Below are positions 19,132 through 29,919 of a stretch of 64,000 nt of DNA, piece by piece. Location: positions 25,398 to 89,397 of the forward strand of contig JBFLZY010000001.1 of the NCBI GenBank assembly GCA_040755975.1, given 5' to 3'. Both the position numbers and the translations under genes were made by a program. The stretch is from Bacillota bacterium. GTDB taxonomy: Bacteria; Bacillota; Desulfotomaculia; Desulfotomaculales; Nap2-2B. Numbering within the stretch: the first letter of the stretch is position 1; every line of letters starts with the position of its first letter. The notes below the pieces were generated by a model. That model was not told the DNA's origin, did no database searches, and worked only from the letters and a program-made list of their open reading frames with translations.

Positions 19132-20199
19132 TTGTTGAACGCTCCGAGAGCGATAATCGAAGTGGCCGGCGTGGACGTGCGCTGGCACGACCTGGTGGAC
19201 ATACGCTTTGAAAACACTCTTTACCTGGCAGCAGACAGCTTCGAGGCCACTTTCCGGAATGACAATTACCTCAGCGACTGGTTCCGGAAACTACAGGAAG
19301 TGAAGATATACCTGGGGTACGTGAAGAATCCCGCATCTTGGTCAAAATCTGAGCTGGACCACGTATTTACTGGCCGGATTGACGGAGTTAAACCAAAGTT
19401 CGGAAACTCAATGACTGTTCAGATAATCGGCCGCGATTACTCGGCCCCTATGATCGATACTGAATACTCGGTGGCGTATGCCGAAAGGACTTCCAGTCAG
19501 ATTGCCGCCATGCTGGCCCAAAAATACGGCCTTACCCCGTTGATCACCGAAACAACTGTGATTGTAGAGAAAGAGCTGCAGGCGGATAAAAAGGAGTGGG
19601 AAGTCCTTCAGGCCCTGGCCGACAGGGAAGGATTTGTCTGCTACGTCACCAAGAACAAGGAGCTGTATTTCGGCCCCCGCCAGGAAGAAGATGAGGAAGT
19701 TGTGGCCGAATTGAGCTACCACGTTCCCGGCCTGGCCAACATAGGCGAAATCGAGTTTGACGATTCCACCATTGGGGTAATCAACAAGGTTACCATCCGG
19801 CACTGGGGTCGGAACAGACAACTGATAGAGGCGTCGGCCGTCAACCAGCAGGTGGTGGACGCCATGGGCGGCCAGATCAAGGAGCGGGTGATCTACGAAA
19901 GCAGGGCTAAAACCTATGAACTGGCCAAAATGTACGCTGAAAAGCGTTTAAAGCAACTGTCCAGAACAGTTGTGACCGCCTCCGGGATTTGCCCGGGGAA
20001 CCCCAAGATCATTGCTGAAAAGAGAGTAAAAGTGTCCGGCTGTGGCCGGTTCGACGAAACCTATTATGTTGAAAAAGCGGTCCACAAACTCAGCAAAAGT
20101 GAAGGATACCGGACATCCTTCGATATTACCAGTGTCCGGCCGGAAACTGCCGAACAGTACAGGCAAGACCTGTACGACTATAAGGAGAAAACGATGTGA
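19132..20199 (+). CDS. baseplate hub / late control D-like protein (XkdQ-like)
   Basis: 355 aa, position after the LysM protein; gpD-like order. Confidence 0.6.
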   Translation: MLNAPRAIIEVAGVDVRWHDLVDIRFENTLYLAADSFEATFRNDNYLSDWFRKLQEVKIYLGYVKNPASWSKSELDHVFTGRIDGVKPKFGNSMTVQIIGRDYSAPMIDTEYSVAYAERTSSQIAAMLAQKYGLTPLITETTVIVEKELQADKKEWEVLQALADREGFVCYVTKNKELYFGPRQEEDEEVVAELSYHVPGLANIGEIEFDDSTIGVINKVTIRHWGRNRQLIEASAVNQQVVDAMGGQIKERVIYESRAKTYELAKMYAEKRLKQLSRTVVTASGICPGNPKIIAEKRVKVSGCGRFDETYYVEKAVHKLSKSEGYRTSFDITSVRPETAEQYRQDLYDYKEKTM

Positions 20200-20555
20200 A
20201 TAAGCTGGCATTCCCACAGGCGGGCATTATAACCTCTTTGGATGCTGGTGCCGCCAAGGCAAAAGTTTTTTTGCCCCTGTTTAAGATTGAGACAGGCTGG
20301 ATTCCAGTAGCTACCAACTTGCTTTATCAGGAACAGGTAACCATGAAAACGCCGGTACTAACGGCTGATCCTTTGGGTACCATAGAGAAGCCACCGAAAG
20401 AGAGTCCACCGCCGCCTGACTACTTTACTGCAATAAACGCTCACGCCGGCACTGCTGAGAAAATCAGCTGGGGTACCTTGAAGGTTGGCGATGAGGTAGT
20501 AGTGATTTTCTTAAACGGTGACCTAAACGAAGGGCGGGTAATTGCCCGGTTTTAG
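20196..20555 (+). CDS. baseplate spike/plug protein (gpV/XkdR-like)
   Basis: Size, position, overlap with neighbours. Confidence 0.5.
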   Translation: MNKLAFPQAGIITSLDAGAAKAKVFLPLFKIETGWIPVATNLLYQEQVTMKTPVLTADPLGTIEKPPKESPPPPDYFTAINAHAGTAEKISWGTLKVGDEVVVIFLNGDLNEGRVIARF

Positions 20556-20564
20556 GAGGTTGAC

Positions 20565-20948
20565 ATGGCTAACCCGAAACTAGGTGTTGACCTGGCCGGT
20601 CCGGACCTTGTTGCAACGTATACGGGGGATGCCAGCCTGGTGGAGGACAAGGAGAACGTCAGGGGGGCAATCATCCGCAGGCTCAACACCCCCCTGGGCC
20701 GACTGTTTGCTCACCCGTGGTATGGCAACCCTGTTCACGATCTTCTTTCTGAACCGATGGATGACGCATGGGCGGGGAAAGCGTTGGCCGGCATCCGCCA
20801 GTGCCTTGATCAGGAACCGCGCATCAAAGTGAAATCGGTTCAGGTAAATATAAGTCCGGAAGACAGGAAGGCGGTATTCAACATCTCCTATACAATCATC
20901 GAAACTCCGGGGGTTGAGAATCTTGTCTGGCAGGTGAATTTGCCATGA
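20565..20948 (+). CDS. baseplate wedge protein (gpW/gp25-like, XkdS-like)
   Basis: 127 aa; RRLNTPLGRLFAHPWYG motif typical of the GPW_gp25 family. Confidence 0.7.
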   Translation: MANPKLGVDLAGPDLVATYTGDASLVEDKENVRGAIIRRLNTPLGRLFAHPWYGNPVHDLLSEPMDDAWAGKALAGIRQCLDQEPRIKVKSVQVNISPEDRKAVFNISYTIIETPGVENLVWQVNLP

Positions 20949-22060
20949 CCGAACCGAAATTTAAAGATTTCAACCAAATACTTGCTGACATGATGGCCAC
21001 CCTGGAGTCAAAAGGAACAAAGCTCACCGACATGAACCCGGGCTCGGTCATCAGGACCCTTTTGGAAGTGGCGGCTGTCAAGCTGGACGAAGGCCACTAC
21101 CTGGCTGAGCAGATTATGAACCTCTTTTTCGTATTGACCACATCCGGGGAATACCTTGACCGCCGGGTGGCTGAAAGGGGTATAACCAGGGTTCAGGGCA
21201 CCAAGGCCACAGGTTCCATAACTGCATCTAGGAGCACGCCGGCTCCCTTCGGGCAATTAATCCCCAAGGGCACTGCCTTTGAGACCGAGGATCGCTCTGT
21301 CCAGGTGGTCACCACCGCCGATGCCACCCTGGCCCAGGGACAGACCAGCGTTACCATCCCCGTGGAGACCGCTGCGGTAGGTAAAGCCGGTAACCTGCAG
21401 GCCGGGACGGTATTAAAACAGGTCGGAATTGCCATCAGCCTTATTGAGACGGTGACGGTGGCCGCCCCGGGTCTGGCCGGCGGCACCGACACCGAGTCCG
21501 ACACTGATTTGCGGAACCGGTACCTGACCGTAATCCGACTCCCTGGCACCTCCGGAAACAAGGCGGATTATATCAAGTGGGCCTTGGAGGTAGCTGGAGT
21601 TGGCGGAGTAAATGTAGAACCCCTCTGGAATGGTCGGGGTACCGTCAAGCTGTATTTATTGGGTACAGATAAGACTCCCGCCTCTCAGGACGTAGTTGAT
21701 GCAGTTCAGGCTTACATCGATCCCGATCCGGAGCTGGGCGAAGGCAAGGCCCCCATCGGGGCTACCGTTACCTGCGTGGCGGCCCCGGCTGTCAATATAG
21801 ACGTGTCGGCCACAGTGGTACTGGACGGATCAAAAACCCTGAATGAAGTACAGGCAGCCTTTGAAGCCGCGCTTATTGATTATTTCAAAGAGATCGCCTT
21901 TTCCGATGATACCACGGTGAGGTACAGCCGGATCGGCTCACTGATTCTGGACACCCAGGGCGTGACCGACTATTCCAATCTCCAGGTCAACGGAGGTACG
22001 GCCAATGTAACAGTTGCTGCCGGTTCCGTGGCCGTAAAAGGGACGGTGACATTATCGTAA
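20945..22060 (+). CDS. baseplate J-like protein
   Basis: 371 aa, position after the gp25-like gene, ATGA overlap. Confidence 0.75.
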   Translation: MTEPKFKDFNQILADMMATLESKGTKLTDMNPGSVIRTLLEVAAVKLDEGHYLAEQIMNLFFVLTTSGEYLDRRVAERGITRVQGTKATGSITASRSTPAPFGQLIPKGTAFETEDRSVQVVTTADATLAQGQTSVTIPVETAAVGKAGNLQAGTVLKQVGIAISLIETVTVAAPGLAGGTDTESDTDLRNRYLTVIRLPGTSGNKADYIKWALEVAGVGGVNVEPLWNGRGTVKLYLLGTDKTPASQDVVDAVQAYIDPDPELGEGKAPIGATVTCVAAPAVNIDVSATVVLDGSKTLNEVQAAFEAALIDYFKEIAFSDDTTVRYSRIGSLILDTQGVTDYSNLQVNGGTANVTVAAGSVAVKGTVTLS

Positions 22061-22626
22061 TGGACTCAAACGCTGGCCGGGAAATGCTTTTGATGCTCCC
22101 CGCCTACTATGACGCAGAGAACGTAAGGGCGGTATTGGATACTCAGGGTAAGGAGTTTGACACGCTGAAATCCCTGCTGTTATATGTGGCGGATCAGCTT
22201 TTCCCCGTATCGGCTAGCTCCTGGGGCCTGGATTGGTGGGAGAAGGAACTGGATCTCCCCACTATCGCAGGTAAACCTGACTCCGAACGACGCAGCCGGA
22301 TACTTTCAAAGTTGCGTGGCATGGGAACGGTAACGATAAATCTCATGAAGGTGATTGCAGAAGCTTACGATAATGGGCTTGTAGAGGTGATCGATCACCC
22401 TGAGGACTATTACTTCATCGTCAAATTCATCGATCACAGGGGTATACCGCCAAACCTGGGTGACGTCAAGGCCGCAGTCGAAGCAGCAAAGCCTGCTCAC
22501 CTTGAAGTGCTTTATGAATTTACATACTGCTGGTGGGGCGAACTATATGACCTGGGCAAGACCTGGGGCGAAATAAATACCCTCGGTCTGACCTGGGAAG
22601 AGCTCAAAACCTGGAGACCTGCTTAG
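22060..22626 (+). CDS. baseplate/tail protein (gpI/XkdU, DUF2313-like)
   Basis: N-terminal LPAYY... motif; position after baseplate J. Confidence 0.6.
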   Translation: MDSNAGREMLLMLPAYYDAENVRAVLDTQGKEFDTLKSLLLYVADQLFPVSASSWGLDWWEKELDLPTIAGKPDSERRSRILSKLRGMGTVTINLMKVIAEAYDNGLVEVIDHPEDYYFIVKFIDHRGIPPNLGDVKAAVEAAKPAHLEVLYEFTYCWWGELYDLGKTWGEINTLGLTWEELKTWRPA

Positions 22627-22639
22627 GAGGTGATTCGGC

Positions 22640-23887
22640 TTGCAAACAACGCCTAATCTTGGGCTGAAGAAACCAGAAGCGAACGATACTGTAAACGTAG
22701 ACGACCTGAATTATAACGCTGACGTACTTGACCAAGAAGTGGCGGCGCGCATTAAAAATTCCGGCAACACTCCCTCCATCCAGGCTGGCCTAGACGCGGC
22801 CAAGCCTGCTGCGGGTACTGCTGGCCGCCTTTACGTGGCTACCGATACGCAGATCATCTACCGCGACACCGGCACGGCCTGGCAAAAGGTCGGTGTTGTT
22901 AAGTGGGGCGACATCGACGGCAAGCCGGCCAGTTTTACGCCAGCGGTTCACGGTAACGAGGTCCATGACCCAGACCTGGCTCTGGCCAGCGACCTTGCTG
23001 CGCATTTGGCCGAAACTGCGCAAGACAACGACGTCCACGGCCTAAAAACATTGTTCCAAAACCAACAATTCGCCAACCTTATCAAAAACGGTGACTTTGC
23101 AAGTTGGAGTAATGGAGATACTTCTTTGCCTGATGGATGGTCTAGCAACGGTGCTTTATCAGTTTCGAAATCAACAGATTTACCAGAAAATACACAAAGC
23201 GGATTTTCAGTTAAACTATCATCTTTACAAGGCTGGTTTTATAACAACTCTATAGGAAAGTTAAAGAAAAATACTAAGTACACGCTTATTTTTGACATGA
23301 AGAAAGGCGCGGATTTTTCGTCTAGTGACTGGTTTCATGTAGACTTGTATGGGGGTGGTTGGGACACAGTAGATTTTGTAACATTACCGCCTGAACAAAT
23401 TTCAATTGAATGGACTAGGTATTATGGAACTATAACAACTCCGAATACAGATTTAACCAGTGACACGGTTGTAAGATTTTATATAATCCAAAGTGCCACA
23501 GTTAGTGGAGATATTTATATTGCTAATGTTGTTTTAGTCGAAGGCGAACTTCCCGTAGCCTTCGCCAACCACCCCAACGACCAGCACCTGAAGGCGGTGG
23601 ATTATCAGGATAGTGCGGGGACGAATTATGAGTATGGGTTGTTAAGTTTACAAACTATAAATACCATTATTAGCCTTGCTGCTGTAACAAATGCCTCAAA
23701 ATCTATTACCTTTCCTAAAGCGTTTACTAAAGTGCTTGGGGCATGGGCTATAACGACCTCTTCTTATTATAGTGTAGGCATAACTGCTTTAAATACAACG
23801 GGGGCTACAGTGCATATTCGCCATGTTTTAGATTCAGTTATAACAGCCGATATACCAGTATACGTGATAGCTTTGGGGGTGAAATAA
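22640..23887 (+). CDS. tail fibre with CBM-like beta-sandwich tip
   Basis: Conserved N-terminal fibre anchor (TPNLGLKKPE...), NGDFASW...GW jelly-roll-like segment; distal part is AT-rich. Confidence 0.6.
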   Translation: MQTTPNLGLKKPEANDTVNVDDLNYNADVLDQEVAARIKNSGNTPSIQAGLDAAKPAAGTAGRLYVATDTQIIYRDTGTAWQKVGVVKWGDIDGKPASFTPAVHGNEVHDPDLALASDLAAHLAETAQDNDVHGLKTLFQNQQFANLIKNGDFASWSNGDTSLPDGWSSNGALSVSKSTDLPENTQSGFSVKLSSLQGWFYNNSIGKLKKNTKYTLIFDMKKGADFSSSDWFHVDLYGGGWDTVDFVTLPPEQISIEWTRYYGTITTPNTDLTSDTVVRFYIIQSATVSGDIYIANVVLVEGELPVAFANHPNDQHLKAVDYQDSAGTNYEYGLLSLQTINTIISLAAVTNASKSITFPKAFTKVLGAWAITTSSYYSVGITALNTTGATVHIRHVLDSVITADIPVYVIALGVK

Positions 23888-24229
23888 ATGCAGATTAAAT
23901 ATATAACTCAAAAATCGACCAAACAAAAAGGATTTTGGCAACCAATCGTTGTTGATAATGGGGATGGAACCGTAACCCTACAGGCAACCACTTTCTATTT
24001 CCGTAACTTGGAAATAGAAATACCTAAAGAAACTTGGACACCACAAGAAGGTGACAAGATTTACATCGAAAATAACCATGTTGACCCACTATATAGGATA
24101 CCATCTGATGCTGAGCAAGATTATCAACCTTTAAGCGGAGAAAGAGAATCCTCTCCCGGCCCGGTAATGTGGGTTGAGAATGGTATTCTTCATGTTTTGA
24201 CACATGAAGGGGAGGTGGTGGTTGAATGA
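23888..24229 (+). CDS. hypothetical protein (fibre accessory?)
   Basis: Starts 1 nt after the fibre stop; AT-rich like the fibre tip. Confidence 0.4.
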   Translation: MQIKYITQKSTKQKGFWQPIVVDNGDGTVTLQATTFYFRNLEIEIPKETWTPQEGDKIYIENNHVDPLYRIPSDAEQDYQPLSGERESSPGPVMWVENGILHVLTHEGEVVVE

Positions 24230-24402
24230 GAACAGCAAAAATTCCACCGGAAGTAATTGAGCGCAGGCAGCGGGAAGAACAGCGGAGGCAAGCCAAGGAA
24301 CAGTTGATTGAACGATTGAAAGGAAGGCAGGCTTTGACCCAACAGGATAAGGATGACTTGCTTATTGAACTTGCTAGGCAACACGGGCTTATTACAAAGT
24401 AG
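24226..24402 (+). CDS. small charged helical protein (58 aa, below ORF-track cutoff)
   Basis: ATGA overlap with the previous gene; open frame read by hand, ending at TAG 24400-24402. Confidence 0.3.
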   Translation: MRTAKIPPEVIERRQREEQRRQAKEQLIERLKGRQALTQQDKDDLLIELARQHGLITK

Positions 24403-24437
24403 GACTTTTATGCGCAGCAAAAAGGGGGAGAAACCAA

Positions 24438-24641
24438 ATGCAGGAATTGGAAAAAAGGTTTACTTACCATTCGCCAAAGCCGGGGCAACCCGAAAAATAC
24501 ACGGCCATAAGGGAAAAGTGCAAGGAGTTGGCCTACCTAATCGACGAGCTTTGCCCCGAGTCAAGGGAAAAATCCCTGGCCATTACCAAGCTCGAAGAAG
24601 TTACCATGTGGGCAAACGCTGCGATCGCCAGGAACGGGTGA
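24438..24641 (+). CDS. small helical phage protein, possible Acb2/Tad1-hairpin-like sponge
   Basis: GGGGGAG RBS; motifs FTYHSP...Y..IRE...PESREKSLAITKLEEVTMWANAAIA. Confidence 0.4.
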   Translation: MQELEKRFTYHSPKPGQPEKYTAIREKCKELAYLIDELCPESREKSLAITKLEEVTMWANAAIARNG

Positions 24642-24675
24642 TCCGAATAAATGTTTTTCAAACAAATGTTTCAAT

Positions 24676-24709
24676 TTGACTTGTCCGGGGACGCATGATA
24701 TTGTATAAT
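24676..24709 (+). promoter_or_regulatory. sigma-70-type promoter upstream of integrase
   Basis: TTGTCC(24681)-17 nt-TATAAT(24704) with TG extension; alternative TTGACT(24676)-17-TATTGT. Confidence 0.4.
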
Positions 24710-24820
24710 AACAGCAGGCTAGGCCGGCCTGATCAACCGGCCGAAAAGCGCACTCCTGGGCGCCGCCTGCTTTCCACATTCCAGGAGGTCAAAAACCAAT
24801 TCCAGGAGGTTGGTCATATC

Positions 24821-25828
24821 ATGCTCCCCACCAACGGCAGGTCGGCCGGCGAAGAATTGCTTGACCGGCTGACGGTTGAAATCGCTCCTTTGTGTGCCGG
24901 TACCGAAGTCTTACAGTTACGTTCCAAGATAGCGGGCATTCTGGTATTATACGATATCCGGCCGGCCAGGCTGCCGGGTGCCCACCCTGACATCCGGGAA
25001 AAGATCGACTTGTTTCTGGCTGCTAAGAAATTGGAAGGGCTTAGCCCGCTGACCCTGGATGGGTATGAAATCGAGCTAAGAATTTTTTCGGAGGTCGTAA
25101 AGAAGCCCGTAGCCGAAATAACCACGGCAGAAATTCGGAACTACCTTGGTCAATTTCCAAAGCTTAAGTTGAGCTCTTTGGCAAAGAAATTATCGGTGCT
25201 GAAAAGCTTTTTCGGGTGGTTAGCAGAGGAAGAAATCATTTTCCGGGACCCAACCCGCCGGATCAGGCCTCCAAAAACAGAGAAAGCGCTACCCAAGGCC
25301 CTGGGGATTGAAGAGCTGGAAATGCTCCGGGAAGCCTGTCAGTCGCCCAGGGAGCGGGCTATGATAGAAGTGTTTTACGCCACCGGCTGCCGTCTGAGCG
25401 AAATTCAGCAAATGAACCGACAGGATATAAACTGGCAGTCTGGTAGCGCTAAAGTAATCGGCAAGGGGCAAAAAGAACGGGAGGTCTACTTCTCTTTCCG
25501 GGCGATGCATCACTTAAAGAAATACCTTATGAGCCGTCTGGACGATAACCCTGCCCTGTTTGTCACCGAAAGAAAACCTATCAGGCGGCTTTCGAGGAGG
25601 GCAATTCAGCGGGAAATAAAACTGATTGCAAAAAGGGCCGGGATAGAAAAGAATGTTCATCCGCACACTATGAGGCACACATTCGCAACGCTGACTCTAA
25701 ATAATGGCGCCGATATTTCTGCCGTACAAGCCCTCCTGGGCCACGCCAACCCGGCCACGACGCAAGTTTACGCCCAGGTGACAGACGAGCGGAAAAGGGA
25801 GCAGTACAGACGGCACCTGGTTCAGTAG
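24821..25828 (+). CDS. tyrosine recombinase/integrase (XerC/D-like)
   Basis: ATG 24821 with AGGAGG RBS; catalytic signature ATGCRLSE (R), HPHTMRHTFAT (HxxR), LLGHANPATTQVYAQV (H...Y). Confidence 0.85.
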   Translation: MLPTNGRSAGEELLDRLTVEIAPLCAGTEVLQLRSKIAGILVLYDIRPARLPGAHPDIREKIDLFLAAKKLEGLSPLTLDGYEIELRIFSEVVKKPVAEITTAEIRNYLGQFPKLKLSSLAKKLSVLKSFFGWLAEEEIIFRDPTRRIRPPKTEKALPKALGIEELEMLREACQSPRERAMIEVFYATGCRLSEIQQMNRQDINWQSGSAKVIGKGQKEREVYFSFRAMHHLKKYLMSRLDDNPALFVTERKPIRRLSRRAIQREIKLIAKRAGIEKNVHPHTMRHTFATLTLNNGADISAVQALLGHANPATTQVYAQVTDERKREQYRRHLVQ

Positions 25829-26058
25829 ATGCGGTAACAATTTTTCTCATAAATTTTTGGCATAAATTTCGCTGAAAATTCGCTAGGGAGATTTGCATTT
25901 TATGTGAGACAATTTTGCGTTATGCGTGTGAAACTACAGCAAAGAATACAAAGTTTTTTTAAGTCATAAAGTAAAATAGAAATAAACCGCACCCTTGATC
26001 CCTTTGTGTCTCTGGGCTATCCCCCGCACGTTCATATTATATGCGAAAACAACTCCGG

Positions 26059-27759
<1,701 letters not shown>

Positions 27760-27761
27760 TC

Positions 27762-27924
27762 AGCCTTTCCGGAAGGTTTGATACATGACTGAAGCGTCAG
27801 CAGGGAGCTGAGTGCCGGGGCTTGGTTCGGAGCGAACCAGGCAATTGAGAGGTGAGAGGCGGGAGGTGAGAGGTGAGACTTTAAAATTCCCACCTCCAAC
27901 TTCTCACATCCCACTTCTCAATTG
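27762..27924. repeat. Three consecutive hairpins in the argS-pyrG spacer (pyrG leader), including a heptamer-built inverted repeat
   Basis: 13-bp perfect stem 27762-27774/27807-27819; 7-9-bp stem 27821-27841; imperfect ~38-bp arms 27842-27879/27889-27924 built from GAGGTGA-like heptamers, both ending in CAATTG. Confidence 0.7.
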
Positions 27925-28077
27925 CGCTGCCGGTTCGCTGACCTCACCTGCGCCGTGTTTCGTCACCAGCCCTACGCATATGTCGCTCCTGGCAAATCGA
28001 ACGGCGGACCGGACATTTTCGTCCTTTTCTGGTGCCGCGAAAAAGAGGTATGGGGGTTTAACCACCAACCATCCAAT

Positions 28078-29766
28078 TTACATTCGTTCCGGGGCGCTTA
28101 CGCCCAGGAGGCGCAGGCCGTTGCGGATCACGATGCGGGCGGCGTTGGCCAGCGTCAGCCGGGCCGAAGACAAGGCGGCGTCGTCACCGATCACGCGGTA
28201 GCTGTTGTAAAAACTGTGGAAAAGCCCCGCCGTCTCGTGCAGGTAACGGGTTAACCGGTGCGGCGCAAGATCGCGGGCGGCCAGGGCCACTTCCTCCGGA
28301 AAGTCGGCCAGCTTGCGCGCCAGGGCCAGCTCCGCCTCTTCTTTTAACAAAAAGAGATCGACTTTGGCAAGGTCCGGCAGGGTTTTGCCCGGGTCGGACA
28401 ACTGCCGGAAAATGCTGCAGATCCGGGCGTGGGCATACTGGATATAATATACCGGATTTTCGTTGGATTGGGAACGGGCCAGGTCGAGATCAAAGTCCAG
28501 GTGGCTGTCGGCACTGCGCATCACGAAGAAGTAGCGGGCGGCATCTTTGCCCACCTCTTCGACCAGCTCTTCTAAAGTCACGAACCGGCCGGAGCGCTTG
28601 CTCATTTTCACCATCTCCCCGCCCCGGTACAGGCGGACAAGCTGCATGATGATCACCTGCAGGGCGTCCGGGTCATAACCCAGGGCAGCCACCGCCCCCT
28701 TCATCCGGGCCACGTGGCCGTGGTGATCAGCGCCCCAGACGTTGATGACGAGATCAAAGCCCCGCTCAAATTTATTCAGGTGGTAGGCGACGTCCGCCGC
28801 AAAATAAGTGGGGAGGCCGTTGCTGCGGACAAGCACTTCGTCTTTTTCCACCCCGAAATCGGTTGCCCGAAACCACAGGGCGCCTTCGTATTCGTAAAGG
28901 CAGCCTTTTTCCTGCAGCCGCTGAATAACTTTCTCAACAGCGCCGCTGGCGTGCAGGGAAGCCTCGGAAAACCAGACGTCGTAGTAAACGCCGAAATCTT
29001 CCAGCGCCTTCTTGATGGCCGCCAGCTTTTCCCGCAGGGCGTAGCGAACCAGGGCCTCCCTCCGTTCCGCGGCGCAAGTCTGCAGGTACCGGTCGCCGTT
29101 TAAGGCCAGAAAGCCTTTCACCGTTTCAATAATATCCTCGCCGTGGTAACCTTCCCGGGGAACCTCCCCGGGAAGGCCCAAAAGCTGAAAATAACGCGCT
29201 TCCAGAGAAAGGCCGAATAATTCGATCTGGTGGCCAGCGTCGTTGATGTAAAATTCCCTGGTCACGTCGTAACCGGCAAAATTTAAAATTGCCGCCAGGC
29301 TGTCCCCCAAAGCCGCCCCGCGGGCATTCCCCATGTGCAAAAGTCCGGTGGGGTTGGCGCTGACAAACTCCACCTGCACCCGCGCGCCCCTGCCCACGTT
29401 TACTCTGCCGTACCCCTCGTCTGCCCGGACAATCTGCGGCAGTTCCGCCAGCACCCAGGTGGGCTGCAGGTAAAAATTAATAAAGCCGGGGCCGGCAATC
29501 TCTACCCTGGTCACCGGCAGCCCGGTCAGCTTCAGATGAGCAAGGATCATCTCCCCGGCTTTGCGCGGCGGGATTCGCCAGGCCCTCGCCAGCAGCATCG
29601 CCAGGTTGGTGGCAAAATCCCCGTGCTCCTTTTCCCTGGGCACTTCGACGATGAATTCCGGCAGTTCCTCTCCGGCCGGCAAAGCCTCCTTTTGTCCGGC
29701 CTCGTAAACAGCGTCCCGCAAGGCGCGGGTCAGGTTGTTCCGCATCTGTTCCACTATCCCAGCCAC
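28078..29766 (-). CDS. argS: arginine--tRNA ligase
   Basis: 562 aa; class I signatures ([16 protein letters not shown] = HIGH region, MSKRSG = KMSKS). Confidence 0.95.
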   Translation of the reverse strand: MAGIVEQMRNNLTRALRDAVYEAGQKEALPAGEELPEFIVEVPREKEHGDFATNLAMLLARAWRIPPRKAGEMILAHLKLTGLPVTRVEIAGPGFINFYLQPTWVLAELPQIVRADEGYGRVNVGRGARVQVEFVSANPTGLLHMGNARGAALGDSLAAILNFAGYDVTREFYINDAGHQIELFGLSLEARYFQLLGLPGEVPREGYHGEDIIETVKGFLALNGDRYLQTCAAERREALVRYALREKLAAIKKALEDFGVYYDVWFSEASLHASGAVEKVIQRLQEKGCLYEYEGALWFRATDFGVEKDEVLVRSNGLPTYFAADVAYHLNKFERGFDLVINVWGADHHGHVARMKGAVAALGYDPDALQVIIMQLVRLYRGGEMVKMSKRSGRFVTLEELVEEVGKDAARYFFVMRSADSHLDFDLDLARSQSNENPVYYIQYAHARICSIFRQLSDPGKTLPDLAKVDLFLLKEEAELALARKLADFPEEVALAARDLAPHRLTRYLHETAGLFHSFYNSYRVIGDDAALSSARLTLANAARIVIRNGLRLLGVSAPERM

Positions 29767-29919
29767 TTAACCACGAAACCCCCCTGAAACATAACATAAC
29801 CGAATGTCCTGACAACCCACACCAGAGAGTTCTTCGGCATTTCTTTCCGTAAATCCTTTTTTAACCCTAAAAAAATATCAGGCACAAGGTGATCAGGCAC
29901 AAAGGCCATTTCAAATTAC

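Larger units (their letters stand above)
1..25900. mobile_element. Prophage, partial (left end lies outside the window): early genes, lysis cassette, head module, contractile-tail module, integrase; right junction lies somewhere in 25829-26058
   Basis: Continuous, tightly packed + strand run of phage-type genes (terminase, portal, capsid, sheath, tube, tape measure, baseplate J, fibre, integrase), followed by an AT-rich gap and then conserved host pyrG. Confidence 0.85.

Noticed and set aside
24695-24820. Upstream extension of the integrase ORF (377 aa form)
   Set aside because: The extension covers the promoter-like region and has no RBS. ATG 24821 has a perfect AGGAGG RBS and gives a normal ~335-aa tyrosine recombinase.
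27842-27924. Heptamer inverted repeat considered as a Rho-independent terminator of argS
   Set aside because: There is no U-tract on either strand after the stem, and it lies more than 150 nt downstream of the argS stop. It is kept as a structure of unknown role.
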